Source of the DNA: Isurus oxyrinchus
Lineage: Eukaryota
Assembly (NCBI GenBank): GCA_026770705.1
Contig: JANJGN010000026.1
Location: forward strand, 34,906,001-34,970,000
Direction of reading: 5' to 3'
Length of the DNA stretch: 64,000 nt
Shown: positions 48,965 to 62,439 of the stretch, one piece after another
Position numbering within the stretch: position 1 is the stretch's first letter
Layout of the letters: every line of letters starts with the position of its first letter
Notes under the pieces: generated by a model
What the model saw: only the letters and a program-made list of their open reading frames with translations
Told to the model about the DNA's origin: nothing
Database searches by the model: none
Made by a program: the position numbers and the translations under genes

Positions 48965-50160
48965 GAACATGCAAAATAGGAGAATAACTAGGTCATTCAG
49001 CCCCTTGAGCCCACTCCGCCATTCAATATAATCGTGACTGATTACTTGCATTTCAAATTCCACATTCCCATCTACCCCCGATAAACTTTGATTCCTGTGC
49101 CTAACAAGAATCTATCTACCTCTGCCTTAAAAATATTTAATGACTCTACCACCACTGACTTCTGAGGCAGGGAGTTCCAGAGTCCTCAGGGAAAAAAAAA
49201 TCTCCTCATCTCTGTCCTAAAAGGGTTCCTCCTAATTTCAAAACAATGCCCCTAGTTCTGGACTCACCCACAAGAGGAAACATCCTTTGCATATCCAACT
49301 TTTCAAGACCATTCAGGATCTTATATACTTCAATTAAGTCACCCCTCCCTTTTCTAAATTCCAGTGGAAACAAGCCCAGACTGTCCAACCTATCCTCAAA
49401 AGACAACCCGCTCATCCAGGTATCAATCTAGTAAATCTCCTTTGAACCACCTCCAATGCATTTACATCTTTCTTTAAATAAGGGGACCAAAAACTGCACA
49501 CTGTATTCGATATGTGGTCTCACCAATGCCCTGTATAACTGAAGCATAACATCCTTGCTTTGATGTTCAATTCCTCTCGTAATATAGAAAATCATTCCCT
49601 TAGCCTTCTTAACTACTTGCTGTACCTGCATACTAACTTTTTGTGCCTCATGCACTAGAACACCTAGATCCCTCTGCACCTTGGAATTCTGAAGTCATTC
49701 TCCATTTAAGTAACACTCTGCTTTTTTATTCTTCCTGCCAAAGTGAACAACTTCACATTTTCCCACATTATACTCCATTTGCCAGATCTCTGCCCAATCA
49801 CTCAGCCTATCTATATGCATCTGCAACCTCCTTATGTCCTCTTCACAACATACATTCCTACATATCTTCATGTCATCTGCAAATTTAGCCACAATGGCTT
49901 CTCTCCCCTCATCTAAGTCATTGATATCAATTGTAAGAAATTGAGGTGCTAGCACAGATCCTGTGGGACTCCACTCATCACATTCTGCCAATCAGACAAA
50001 GACCAATTTATGCATACTCTCTGTTTTCTGCCAGCCAGCCAATATTTTATCCATACTAACATGTTACATCCTACACCATGAGCTTTTATTTGTCACGATA
50101 ACCTTTGATGTGGCATTTTATCAAATGCCTTCTGGAAATCCAAGTACAGTATGTCTACAG
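48965..50160 (-). mobile_element. CR1-type LINE RT/3' region
   Basis: GSVLAPQFLTIDINDLDEG...KFADDMKI; QLYRALVRPHIEYSVQF; RGDLIEVYKIL. Confidence 0.92.
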
Positions 50161-51019
50161 GCTCCCCTTTATCATCACCAAGACTGCCCATTTCCACCTC
50201 AGTATCATCCAACTCCATCCTAGTTTCAGTTGCTCTGAGGCTGAAATTCTTATCAATTCATTTGTTAACTATAGACTTAACTATCCTAACGCAATCCCAG
50301 CCGGCCTCCCAGTTGAAACCTCCCTGTGAGCTTGTGGTCATTCAAAACTCTGCTGCCCATGTGCTTACTCCACCAAGTCTTGTTCACTCATCACCATTGT
50401 GCTTGCTGAGGTACAAAGTTTCCAGGCTAAGAAGCACTTAAATTTTACATTTATCATTTTTGTTTTCAAATCTCCTCATGATATTGCTCCTTCCTATCTC
50501 TGTGATCTTCTCCAGCCTCATACCCTCCAAGATAATTCTTAAAACCTATCTCTGACCAAATTTTTGGTCATCTGCCAAAACATTTCCTTCTGTGTGCTCA
50601 GTGGCAAAAGTTGCTTCATAAAACTCCTGTGAAACACTTTGGAGTTTTCTATTAAACGAAAGGCGCCATATAAACACACATTATTGTTGTTGATTTGGAC
50701 ATGTCACCATTCCTTCATCATCACTGAGTGAAATTCCTGTAACTCCTTATCTCACAGAAATGTGGGAGCAGTTTCATCACACAGATTGCAAAGGTTCAAG
50801 GTCAAGCATCATCTTCACTGGTAACAGTATTATACAATTCTATGACTCAATGATTCTTTACAGACATTCTCTGTTCATCAGCATGTTCTCTTGTTTTTTA
50901 AGCACTCCATGCTCAGTCATTATTTCCTTCATTTGCAGACATTTCCTGACAATCACCATTTTTAGAGACGCTTCCTAACCTTTATCACTTTCTCTCCATT
51001 TACAGACGCTTCCTGAATG

Positions 51020-51400
51020 AGCTGACATTGCACATGCGCTGGGGCCTCGCCGGACTCACTCCAAAGTCAGACCTGAGCGGGAGAAACCGGGAAGTCAGGG
51101 ATAATGTTTACGGTTTCTAGTCGCGTCCTAAGTAGAAAATATTGCTGGTTTTATTTTGGGCTTTGGATCCGCATTCGGTCTTTGTAAACCCTCCATTTTA
51201 AACCCACTAGATCCAGCACTCTTAACGTCCGTCGCCATGACCTGCGCATGCTCAGATCACAAATGCCCGAGACTGATTGACGTCAACTCGGGACCAATAG
51301 GAAGAGGGGGCGGGACTGGATGACCAACCGAAAGTGGCTAGTCCTCCAACCAATTGGAGTGAATGAGGGGCGGGGCTGAATCCGGATCTCCCTCATTGCC
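51020..51400 (+). promoter_or_regulatory. CpG-rich promoter-like region (gcgcatgc, tgacgtca CRE, CCAAT and GC boxes), probably of the plus-strand ZNF pseudogene
   Basis: Motifs read directly at 51243-51375. Confidence 0.55.
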
Positions 51401-54400
51401 AGAAACTGCATCATTTTGAAAGCTGATTTGTCTCAAACTCCTGGAGAAAACTGGACCTTTCTGTTTGTGGCTTTAAACAGATGAACCTGTCCACACCTGT
51501 GGGTCTGGAGCAAACATTTCAACATTTGTTGCTGAAATGGATTCAGTCAGGACAGACAGCAGGAATTATTTCAGGAAATGACAGGGCGTAGTGATTGTTT
51601 CTCTTTGAATTTGGAGAAAAGTGTGAATTAGTGGAAGAATTCGCAGGCTGCTTAACTCCCCTTCCGGGTTTGGAGCCATTTAATTTCAGCCGATTTGTTG
51701 TTCCGGCATTAGCCGAGAGAGTTTGAACAGCTCACACAATGGGAGAGAACAGTCAGAACCGCCGGATACACCTATCCTGCCTGATGTCAACTCAGAATGA
51801 GCTGGAGAGCCGTCTTCACTCACCAGGTGTCTGCAGAGGAGTTTCTGGCTCAGAGGCGGGAATGTTTCATTTTTATTAATAACCCTAAATCCCTCAAGTT
51901 CCATTGAACTGGCAGGGCCTCTTCATTTCTATATCCATTTCATTGCTTAAATAAAGCCTTGATTTTATGTTTGCAGCTTAATGGTGACACTTACATAATC
52001 TAAACACCTCCTTCCTTGTGGGAGTGCAGAACTACAGTAGCTGCAGAAGCCACACCCTTTGTCTATTCTCTACCAAGCCTCTACTCAACCCCTCAGAATC
52101 AAACTATTCCTATCTTTGTCCAGTATTTTCATTATCCTACAATGAAAGGCCTCTGTTTATAATGCTTAGTCATTGTGAATCTAATAAAGCTGCTCCAATA
52201 GTGATTCTAATTCAGTTTGCATTATGTTTAATCTTGGACTATTGTGTCTGCCGCTATTTCTGTCTCATCTTCATGTTCAGTCTGGCTTCCCTGGAATGAA
52301 CTTTCTGTGGTCGTCTGTGTATATTCTCTCAGTGCCCAAGTGCCTGTGTTAGTTGATGTTTAATACTTCGTCAGCAGCCTCTCAATTCAAGGATGACATC
52401 TCCTCAGGGTGGTGAGTTTCTGCCATGGATCTTCTTGTGAATGAACAGACTGATTCTTGACCTGCAGATATTTGGACTCATGGGGCAGGACATCCATGAA
52501 GTATTGGGATCTGGACCACAACATTTGATTCCACTTCTCTGCTGCTGCTGTGCCTCATCATGAAAACACTGTGACTAAGAGTGTGATGCAGCTTGATGGA
52601 TAAGTTGTCGCCATTCTGACCAGTTGGTAGAAAGCTCCTCCAGGTCATTAAAGTCAATGCTGCTGCACTTCAAGGTGAACAGGCTGCAGAAAATTGGTTT
52701 GTATTTCATGAAATATTGAAGTTTCAGGGGTGATATGATGCTGTTTTTTAAAATGATCAATGTGTTTGTGAGGGTAGATACAGGGAAAACATTTGCTCTG
52801 CAGGCAATTCGAGAACAAGGGGGCAGAATCAAAACAGTAGAACCTGGAGAGAAATCAGGAACAACGTGTTCAGACAAGCGTGGTGGGAATCAGGACCAAC
52901 CTCCCCAAAAAGCTGTGAATGCTGGAGGTCAATTGAATTTTTCAAGACATGAATAGATTGAATTTTGTTAAGCAAAGATATAAAAGTAATTTGATCAAAG
53001 ATGGGAAAAGGGAGTTGTGTGAATAGAATGGTGGAGCAGGTTTGAGGGGCTGAATGGCCTGCTTCTGTTCCTATGTGCTGGTTGCTACGCCTATAGCAAT
53101 GAGTACCCAAGAAAGGTGGCAGTTTGTAATGTCCATGTGGGCTGCAGTGTGTTCAGCCATCTGACTGTGAGCTGCCTCTTCTCATCCAGCTCTCGGGAGC
53201 AGTCACTTTCCTCTCGGATGGAGTTTAAAGGAAGGACCGCCCCATCTGACACAGGTGATCCTTGAGATTTCAGTGCCACTAACAAGACCAGCAATGGATA
53301 TTGCCCATCCCCATTTACCTGTGGGCAAGATGATGTTTGACCTTCTTGAACCTCTGCAACCCGTGTGAAGGTGCTCCCACAATGTTGTTAGAAAGGAACC
53401 TTTCACCCTGTGGTGATTAAGGAACAGTAATATATATCCAAACCAACAATAATTTATATTTATACAGCATCTTTCATGTAACTGAATGTTCCAAAGCGTT
53501 TTGTAGAAATATTACAAAACAACATTTGACACCGAGCCACATAAGGAGATATTAGGGCAGGTGACCAAAACTTTGTGAAAGAGTAAGGCTAAGGAGTATC
53601 TTAAAGGAAGAAAGTGAATAGAGATGTGGGGAGGTTTCGGGAGGAAATTTCAGAGCTTGGGACCTCGGAAACTTAAAGAACGGCAACCAGTGGTGGAATG
53701 ATTAATTGAGGATGGTTGAGAGATCAGGATTAGATCAGCAGAGAGATCCCGAAGGGTTGAGGGCTTGGAGGAGATCACAGAGAAAGGGGTGATTGCAGCC
53801 ACAGTGGGATTTGAAAACAAGGATGAGAATTTTAAAATTTTGGTGCTTCTTAAACGTGAGCCTTTATAGGTCAGCGAGCACAGAGGTGATGAGTGAGCAA
53901 GACTTACTGCAAACAAACACATGGGTAGCAGAGTGTTACATCACCTCAAGTTTACTGGGGACGTGAATGTGGGAGGCTGGCCTGGGGTGCGTAGGGTAGT
54001 TAAGTCTAGAGATAATAAAGGAATGGATGAGAGTTTCAGAATTGGATGAGCTGAGACTAGGACAGGGTTCGGTGATGTTACTGAGGTGGGAATCAGCGGT
54101 CTTGGTGATGATGCAGATATGTTTGAAGCATGACATCAAGTTTGAGAAGAATCTGGTTCAGCCTCAGACAATTGCCGGGGAGCGGGGAGGAGCGAATGGC
54201 TAAGGAGTGACGTTTGTAGGGGGGACTAAAGACAATGGCTTTAATTTTTCCAATATTTAATTGGAGGACATTTCTGTTCATGCAGCACTGGATGCCAGAC
54301 AAGTCAGGATGGTGTGTGCATTCACATACACCTGTTACCCTGTTCCTTCTAGCTGGTGTAGATTCAGGGCTCGGGACGTTCTGTCAAAGTTCTGGTCGAG

Positions 54401-54785
54401 TTGATATGAATTCCCTCTCTTTCACCTCTGCCACTCTCACCTCGCTCTCTCTCTCTCTCCATCTCTCTCTCCCACTTTTTCCCTCTGAACCTTACCCTCT
54501 CACGTAACTCTCTGTCGCTCCTTTTGCATATCTCCCTTATTTTCTCTATCTCCATCTTTATCTCCCCCTTTCTCCTCCTATAGAGGTCTTGTGTAGCCCA
54601 GACTGACTCTGATGAACATTAGTGAACCAGTTGAATTGTTTTATCAATCCAACAGCTTTGAATGTCTTTTTCCCTCGTGTCAGTCCCAGAAATTTCCAAC
54701 ATTTCTGTTCAATTGTACAACCTGCCTTTGTGTTTCTGTGGGTTCGCTCTCACTCCCTTTTTTCTGTTTTACATCATTTTCACAG

Positions 54786-55212
54786 CGTATTAAGAGGGGA
54801 AGATTTGCAGTCAGGAAACTCAAACCAACATCACACTAGGATCTAACTGAGTCATCCAATTTATCGTAGCCTGAATATCATCAGAGTTTGAACATGGAAG
54901 GAAAAAAGCAACGTTCACAGTGGGGAGAAACCATACGTGTGTTCTGTGTGTGGACGAAGATTCAAGGGATCATCTGACCTGTCGAAATACAAGTGTAGTT
55001 ACACTGACGAGAATCTGTGGAAATGTGGGGAATGGGAGGAAGAATTGAGCCACTCATCTTAGCTGGAAATTCACTAATGCAGTCACACTTGGGGGAAGTT
55101 ATTAACCTGCTCCATTTGTGGGAAGGGATTCACTCATACATCCATCGGCTGAGACACCAACAAATTCACACTGGGGAGAGGCCATTAACCTGCTCCGAGT
55201 GTGGGAAGGGAA
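54786..55212 (+). pseudogene. C2H2 zinc-finger pseudogene exon (ATG 54894)
   Basis: MEGKSNVHSGEKPYVCSVCGRRF...CSICGKGF...[19 protein letters not shown], with stops and a frameshift. Confidence 0.88.
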
Positions 55213-56115
55213 AACATCACAGCAAGTTAACTGTCTAAATGCAATGGGAGAGAAGGGAATTGACCACCAGAAACCCAAGGGTCCAATGCTTTCCCATCAA
55301 ACATCAATAACATCATTCACAGATTCCATTTCTTCCAAACATTGTGATCTATTTTCCTCAGGATGTGTTCCTGGATTTAATATTGACCTGCTTTGTAACC
55401 TCATTCTGAAATGAGATTCACTTCAATCTCCAACACAAATTGAGTTACAAACCTGACAGACAAACAATGGAAAACAAGTCAGTCGGTAACACAAATCCCA
55501 TGGTGCTCATTTTCAGATTCACAACAGTCAACTTTTAAATAAAAAGATGGTATTTCAGTGAAAAGATTTTGAAAGTTGTTGTTTTTATTTGTGACTCCCT
55601 CACTCGGGTATTCTGTGAATGCTGCTCGGAGGTTTAGTGACCGGGATATAATCTACCAGTGTTTTCCTGAGTCTATGCTCGGTGTATAGGGAGGTTTAGC
55701 CCGTGTTGGAGTATCTTGCATCCCAGTGATGGGCAGTAACCTGCTGATTGAAGCTGCTGACGCCACTTTCTGCTGGCAGCGGGTGATCGGAGAGTGTGGG
55801 GCCGGAATATTGCTGCTTCCCCACCCTTCCCTGTCCCACTCACTGTGGAGCTGAGGAAGACAGAATCACTGATGGGTTTGTTTGAATCTCAAAACTTCAT
55901 ATATTTCCAATGGGTTATATAGAGGTACATGGCAGGTCTGATCATTTTCTCTTTACATCTTAAATATTTGTAAGAATGCAACTCTTCGTGTGGGATCACT
56001 GAATAACAAAAGCACAAGCCTCGATTGTAGATTATTTGCTTGAAGCCAATATCCACGTTGACAACCCAGAGCTGTGGGGTGATGAATATGATGGGCTGAC
56101 AAACAGTGAAATCTT

Positions 56116-56189
56116 CATCCCCGGGTGGTCTCGAACCACCAACCTTCCAGTTAACAGCCGAACATGCTGACCAATTGTGCCACAGAAAA
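56116..56189 (-). tRNA. tRNA-Asn(GTT), likely pseudogene
   Basis: tctgtggcacaattggtcagcatgttcggctGTTaactggaaggttggtggttcgagaccacccggggatg; CpG-decay type changes relative to canonical vertebrate tRNA-Asn. Confidence 0.8.
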
Positions 56190-57970
56190 AGTCGCAAGAT
56201 CGATCCTTAAAGGTTCAGATGCCGCTATCAGAATGATCATTGTTCTCTCCGAGTTTTACTTTTCCAAAATAAGGGTGAAACATTGATTTGGATACATGGA
56301 AATAGTCTGATCCCACCCACTGCAGCTACATTCATGTCACTAGGAGCCAGCTCTCCTACAGCCGGTGCCATCTCCCTTCGAGCTTTTTGGTGCCTTGTCT
56401 GTCACCAAGTACTCTGATTGTCCCGAAACCAATATTCAGATTAAATTGCTGATGTGCAGTATGGAGAATCCTTTCAATGTCTCAGATCAGTTAATTTCAA
56501 TGATAGCATCAGAGTCATTGTTCTCGTGCCTTAAAGAAGGGAACGGTACCTTGAACGGTCAGTCGGACAGTTCACCCTTCATTCTCCTCTAATCCTAGTT
56601 CCCAAAGAGTTTTGAAAGATTCGCAAAGCTGGAGACTGGGTTTTCTGCTTTGGTTCCTTTTCCATCTTCCCAACTGCCAGCTGGCAATATTTTCTAAAAT
56701 CTCATTGCAATTTTCCACCTTACATCATGTCCATAGATGAGGAAATTCAGTTTCGGGGAGATATTATAGAGGCCGCGATTGTTCCTTTTCGAGCAAAGGA
56801 GGTTAAACAAAAATTTCATGGAGCTTTTGAAAGTTATGGAACAATATTGAAAGAGGTGCAGGAGTTTTGCAGTGCCCATGCGCACTGTGTGATCATTAAT
56901 AAAGTTTCCTTGACCCAATGACATCAAGAGTTGGGCTTTAGGTTCCGATATAGTTTTTGAACCATAAATGTATTTATGTTGCTGATTTCATACCGAACTT
57001 TCCAAAGAGATTGATTCAGATCAAGCATGTCCTCGTTTTTCTCAGTCGCGCTATACAATCTAATTCCTCTTGCTCTACACCCTGTGACAGAGACTGTTAT
57101 AGAAAAGACGGAAAGGTTTGCTACAGCGATAAAAAGCCCTGGTTAGATCACACCTGGAGGACTATGGATAGTTCTGGGAACGGCACCTTATAAAGGATCA
57201 ATATTTGCCTTGAAAGTTTCAGAGGAGCAGCATTAATTGTGTTGGTGGGTTTGGAAATTGAAAGTTGTCCATCCGCAGCTTGTGGCACTATTTCCCCTCA
57301 ATGTTCACTTCATGTTCATGTTGAACACGCTCGAGGCTGTTATTGGCTGAACAAGTCTTCTGTGTTATAACTAAACAGGCTGTTATCCGGCGCTCCCGCT
57401 CCTGCCGCCCGGGTTTGGCCTTCATCAGGGAATGTTGTTTTCTTGTTGCTGTGTGAACTGTCACAATGAACTGATCCTGGAGTCCCTTTCCCCCAGGATC
57501 TAGAAAACCCGTCACTTCTCTTCCTTCATTCTCATTCTTTCATTCCCAGCTTGAGTCGGTTCTCCTTTCGGGCTCTTTAACAAATCCATTTGGACAGAGA
57601 AGTGGCAGCTGAAATTTAATGGAAGGAAATGTGAAATGATTCATTTTGGTCGGAGAGGAGAGGAAACAGAAAATAATGTTACAATTTTAAAGGGGCTCCT
57701 GTGTTGCACAGTGAGTGGTTCGGATCAGGAATGTATCAATTCGGCTCAGTTCCACGAGGGGATGGATGCATTTTTACCATCGCAAACTTCATTCACATTA
57801 GTTGTGTAGCTTCACATTAAAAAGGTTCAGGGAGAAAAAGCAGGCTGGGAAGATGCAAGAGGAGATTATTTCTTTCTGTATGTTTTTACACTGGAGGCCG
57901 TTCAGTTACTGAGCGTTACAAAGTGGACGGCGATTGAAATTTCCAGTTAAGGCAATGCGAATTTTTAGAC

Positions 57971-58052
57971 GTCGCAGTGGCCGAGCGGTCTAAGGCACTG
58001 GATTTAAGTTTCAGTCTGTATGGAGGCGTGGTTTGAAATCCCATCGCTGCCA
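57971..58052 (+). tRNA. tRNA-Leu (AAG/TAG-family body), likely pseudogene
   Basis: gtggccgagcggtctaaggcactggatttaag...ggaggcgtgg...aatcccatcgctgcca; B box damaged. Confidence 0.78.
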
Positions 58053-59066
58053 GAGTTTCAGACTGTCTGTATTTTCAATCAATTTTGCCACAGCCTTCAG
58101 TCATTGAGGTGGAGAGGGCTGCAGCACAGAAAAAGGCCCTTCGGCCCATCGAGTCTGCGCCGGTCAAACAAATACCGAACTATTCCAATCCAAATACTTC
58201 TTAAATGTTATGGGGGTTTCTGCCTCTACCACTCTTTAAGGCAGTGAGTTCCAGATTCCCACCACCCTCTGGGTGCGAAAATTCTTCCTCGCATCCCCTC
58301 TAAACTTCCTAACCTTTACCCTAAAATCTGTCCACCAAGGGGAAAAGTTCGTTCCTCTGTGCCCTATTATGCCCCTCATAATTTTATGCACCTCAATCAT
58401 GTCCCCCTGTGTGCGCTCGGTGCGCAGTGCTCCATACTGGCGGGAAGTTCGAGAAGAGGCAGCAGAAATTGCAGGACAGCCAGGAATAGATGGGGCTGCA
58501 TTTCTTCATTCCCTTCTGTAACCACTCTGTCATTTTATGTACTGAACATTAAAAGGTACATGGCGACGATATACGGAACTGACTTGCTTATATAATGGGT
58601 TTGAAACCCTTTAGAGTTTCCTGATACAGGTGAAAATCCGACATTTTGAACCTGCAATCTACATTTAGTAGTTTACATTTCTCACTGTTCCTGTTTTAAG
58701 GATGAGTTACAGAATTAATTATCTATTAAATGGACTAAAAAAACTTTCAAACGCTTCCCTGTATTTTTCATTTCCGTTCATCTGTTGGCATTCACCAAAT
58801 TTGCAGTTGGAAATGGAACAAAAACGGAGCCAATTTGGTGACATCCTTGCTTTCTGGATGTTTGTCTCTCCTTAGGCTGCTGCCACCTATCGGTGTCAAT
58901 GTCTGTGTGTGTTCCTCTCCGTGTGTCAATGTGATTCAGTTCCCTGAGGGGGATGAATGCATTTTTACCATCATAAACTTTACTCACTTTCATTGTGCAT
59001 CTTCATGGTAAATGGCACAGAGAATAACAGTAGGTTTAAAAGCTGGAAGAGGACTTTAACCTTTCT

Positions 59067-59145
59067 GGCGCGTTTGGCGTAACCTGTGGTTAATATAGTG
59101 GACTTATCAAGCTAGATGCCGTGAGTTCGATCCCTGCTGGTGCCT
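59067..59145 (+). pseudogene. Decayed tRNA-like sequence
   Basis: ggcgc...tggttaa...gagttcgatccc...ggtgcct ends pair; isotype not assignable. Confidence 0.35.
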
Positions 59146-59149
59146 GTGG

Positions 59150-59960
59150 ATAAACTTTAGCAGATGGAAGCGGTGGAAATGTAAACTGTGGGGAGGAGTA
59201 TCTCGGCTGTGAAGAGATTTAGGCACGTCAGGTGAACAAGGATAGAACATGGGAGAATACTTTCCAGATGTGCAAAGCTATTACGAAGGTCTGACAGAAA
59301 TTGAAAAAGTGCTGAACCATTTAGGCACCACAAGGAAAACTAATAGAATGTTATCATTTGCTGTGAGGGGTAATTGAAGTAAGAAGGTTATACTTCAGTT
59401 GTACAGGACAGTGATATCAGGAGTACAGTGTAGGGTATTGGCCTCCTTATTTAAGGAAAATGTAAATGTGTTAGAAGCAATTCAGAGAAGGCTTACTGAA
59501 CTAATACCAAGAATGGGCGGCTTGTCTTGTGAGGAAAGGTGGCAGGTTAGGCCTGCATCCATTGGAGTTTAGAAGGCTAAGAGGCGACTTGATCGAAATC
59601 TTTCAGATCCCGAGGGGTCTTGACAGGGTGGATGCGGAGAGGATTTTGCGTCTTGTGGGAGAATTTAGATCTAGGGGTCACTGTTTAAAAATCAGGGGTC
59701 GCTCATTTAAGACAGAGATGAGAGAAGTGTTTTTTCTCAGAGGGTCGTGAGTACTTGTAACTCTTTCTTTCAAGAGGCAGTGGAAGCAGAGTCTTTGAAT
59801 ATTTTTAAGGCAGAGCTAGATTGATTCTTTATCAACAAGATGGTGAAAGGTTATCGGGGTGAGCAGCAGGTTTCAATCAGATCAGCTGTGATCTTATTGA
59901 ATGGTGGAGAAGGCTTGAAGGGCCGAGTGTCCTACTCCTGCTCCGAGTTCATATGTTCAC
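59150..59960 (+). mobile_element. CR1-type LINE 3' fragment
   Basis: LGLHPLEFRRLRGDLIEIFQI...RSRGHCLKIRG. Confidence 0.85.
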
Positions 59961-60365
59961 ATGTTCTTTGAGTCCAGACTTCTTCCAGGCTCAGTGCACA
60001 AAGGCCAAAAAGTCAAGGATGATTGAAATTTTCACTGAGCAACATGTAAACTGACAGTGGATTCACTCGGTGCGATGATGTGTTCCAGTTCAAAATGTGC
60101 AATCATAGAATCAATTCATATTTGTTGTTTTGAACCCAATATTTCTAATGGGCTGGATGTAATGCACATGTTTGATCTAATTTATACCATTTACAAAAAT
60201 AAATATTCGAAAACTATTTGTGTGGGAAGTTACTGGATAACAGCAGGCCTGGAAATGGAGCAGAGAGAGACGATCCCTGGGGTGATGTTCAGTGAGTTTG
60301 GAAGAAAGGTATGAGAGGGAATGGGGTAGGGAGAAAAGATCCCTGGGGCGATGTTCCGTGAATTC

Positions 60366-60577
60366 AAAACAAAAACAGAATTACCTGGAAAAACTCAGGA
60401 GGTCTGGCAGCATTGGTGGAGAAGAAAAGAGTTGACATTTTGAGTCCTCATGAACCTTCAACAGACCTAATCATAGTTCTGTTGAAGGGCCATGAGGACT
60501 CGAAACGTCAACTCTTTTCTTCTCCGCCGATGCTGCCAGACCTGCTGAGTTTTTCCAGGTAATTCTGTTTTTGTTTT
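60366..60577. repeat. ~104-bp inverted repeat of a dispersed (probably Penelope-like) element
   Basis: Arms 60366-60469 and 60474-60577; single arms also at 47394-47490 and 61598-61700. Confidence 0.8.
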
Positions 60578-61834
60578 GGATTTCCAGCATCCACAGTTTT
60601 TTGTTTTTATTTCCGTGAATTTAGTTGTTTATTGCGCCTGGCAGGTCGCAGGGCCTGGGAATTTCCACGATTTGTGCTCCCTGGTGTTCCTAAGAAGCCC
60701 CAAACTGTGGTAATAATTTGCAGGTTTACTGCTCGATAACGAGTCTGTGTCAGATCGGCCCTAGTCTCTAGGAATCTTTCCATGGTTTGGGTCAGCGGTT
60801 CAGTCTGCGGTATTTGTGTATTTTTTGTTATTAATTTATGTGATGTGGGCGTGGCTGTCTGGGCCAGCATTTATTGCCCATCCCTAATTGCCTTGAGAAG
60901 GTGGATTGTGACGTCTCTGCCTTGTGAGTATTTAATTGGACAAGGTACAGAGAGTCCAGGCGAATGCTCTGGGCGCATGGATTCAAATCCCAACATGACA
61001 GCTGCTGGAATGTGAATTCAATTATTAAAACCTGGGATTGAAAACTAGCCTCAGTAATGGTGACCGTGACAACTATCACCGATTGTCGTAAAAATCCATC
61101 TGCTGCACTAATGTCCTTTAGTGAAGGAAATCTGCTACCCCTACCCGGCCTGGCCGACATGTGATTCCAGCTCGACAGCAATGTGACTGACACTTAACTG
61201 CCCTCTTAAATGGCCTCGGAAGCTGGGCTGTTCTGGGCAGTCTTGCCAGCGACACCCATACCTCATGAAAGGGTAAAGAGATGAAACAAAACCTTTTACC
61301 CCCTATCTAACCCCCTGCTGCACCGACCCTGGGAGTGTTTGATGGGACAGTGTAAAGGAAACTTTCGTCCTCCATATACTGCCCTGTATGGGCCTCTGAT
61401 GAAGCAGATCACTGCTGTTTACAATTACTTGACTTGTGACTGTGACAAACCTGAGTATGAGTGAAATCGCCGAGGCTCCCCTCGCTGTGCAATCATTCTG
61501 GCTCTGGGGTTTGCCATAAAAAGGCAGAGGTAAAGGCATGTTAACACTGATGGGTTGCTGGATGGCGCAGTGACTCTTTCACTGAAGGACATTGGGCTCT
61601 GCAGAAGAGTCATGAGGACTCGAAACATTAACTCTTTTTTTCCTCCACAGATGCTGTTGGGCCTGCAGAGTTTTTTCAGCATTTTCTGTTTTTCATTCTC
61701 ATCCCAAACAGGAAAGATTAAAAACACCTGCCTGGGAGAGGGGAGGAATCAGTGTAATAGGGGTATAAATGGAACGGTGTCAATGGGCCTGGGGGAAAGA
61801 AGCTCAGCAAAGTCAGTTCGTTTCACAATCATTA

Positions 61835-61840
61835 TTTATT
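61835..61840 (-). terminator. Candidate polyadenylation signal of membrane IgH transcript
   Basis: AATAAA on the minus strand ~450 nt after the TM2 stop. Confidence 0.45.
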
Positions 61841-62292
61841 GACAATTTCGGAGAACATTTTCCAGAAAAGTTTATTTTAAAGTCAACTGGACTGAATCTG
61901 ATGACTGAGAGTCACACTGAGAACAGAACACATTCGCTCTGAGTTGCCAGCTGTATCTACAGCTGTAACAGAGACCAGAAAGAGAAAACAGGAGATCAAC
62001 ATAAAGGGAAGGGAATAATTGTGAATGAGGAATGAGAAAATCTACTTATTTACACATGGAATTCAAACTACTGGGGAATTATAAGCTACAATTACATCAC
62101 ATCCATAATTATCTCGCACATTTCAAACAGAGAAACGGAAATACCGTCCATGACTGTCTTAGCTACAAATTCTGAAACATGAACTGAAGGTGTTTCATTT
62201 TTAGATTCACTGAGAGGACATATTTTAAATTCATAATACAGAAATCTCAATAAAGAGCTGAGGAAAATCTACGGTGTCCAAAATTCAACTGG

Positions 62293-62301
62293 TCACTTGA
62301 T
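62293..62301 (-). CDS. Ig heavy chain membrane exon TM2 (IK-stop)
   Basis: cctcttttgcag|atc aag tga, 138 nt downstream of TM1. Confidence 0.85.
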   Translation of the reverse strand: MK

Positions 62302-62439
62302 CTGCAAAAGAGGATAAAATAGTGAAGCAGATGTTTAGAATGTGGGACATTTATGTTAGTGTCTTAATCAATGAAACATTGACAGATTTTTCAAACTGCT
62401 TCTGTCAGTTTGAAGTGTGAGTGGATTGAATCTTCTCAC

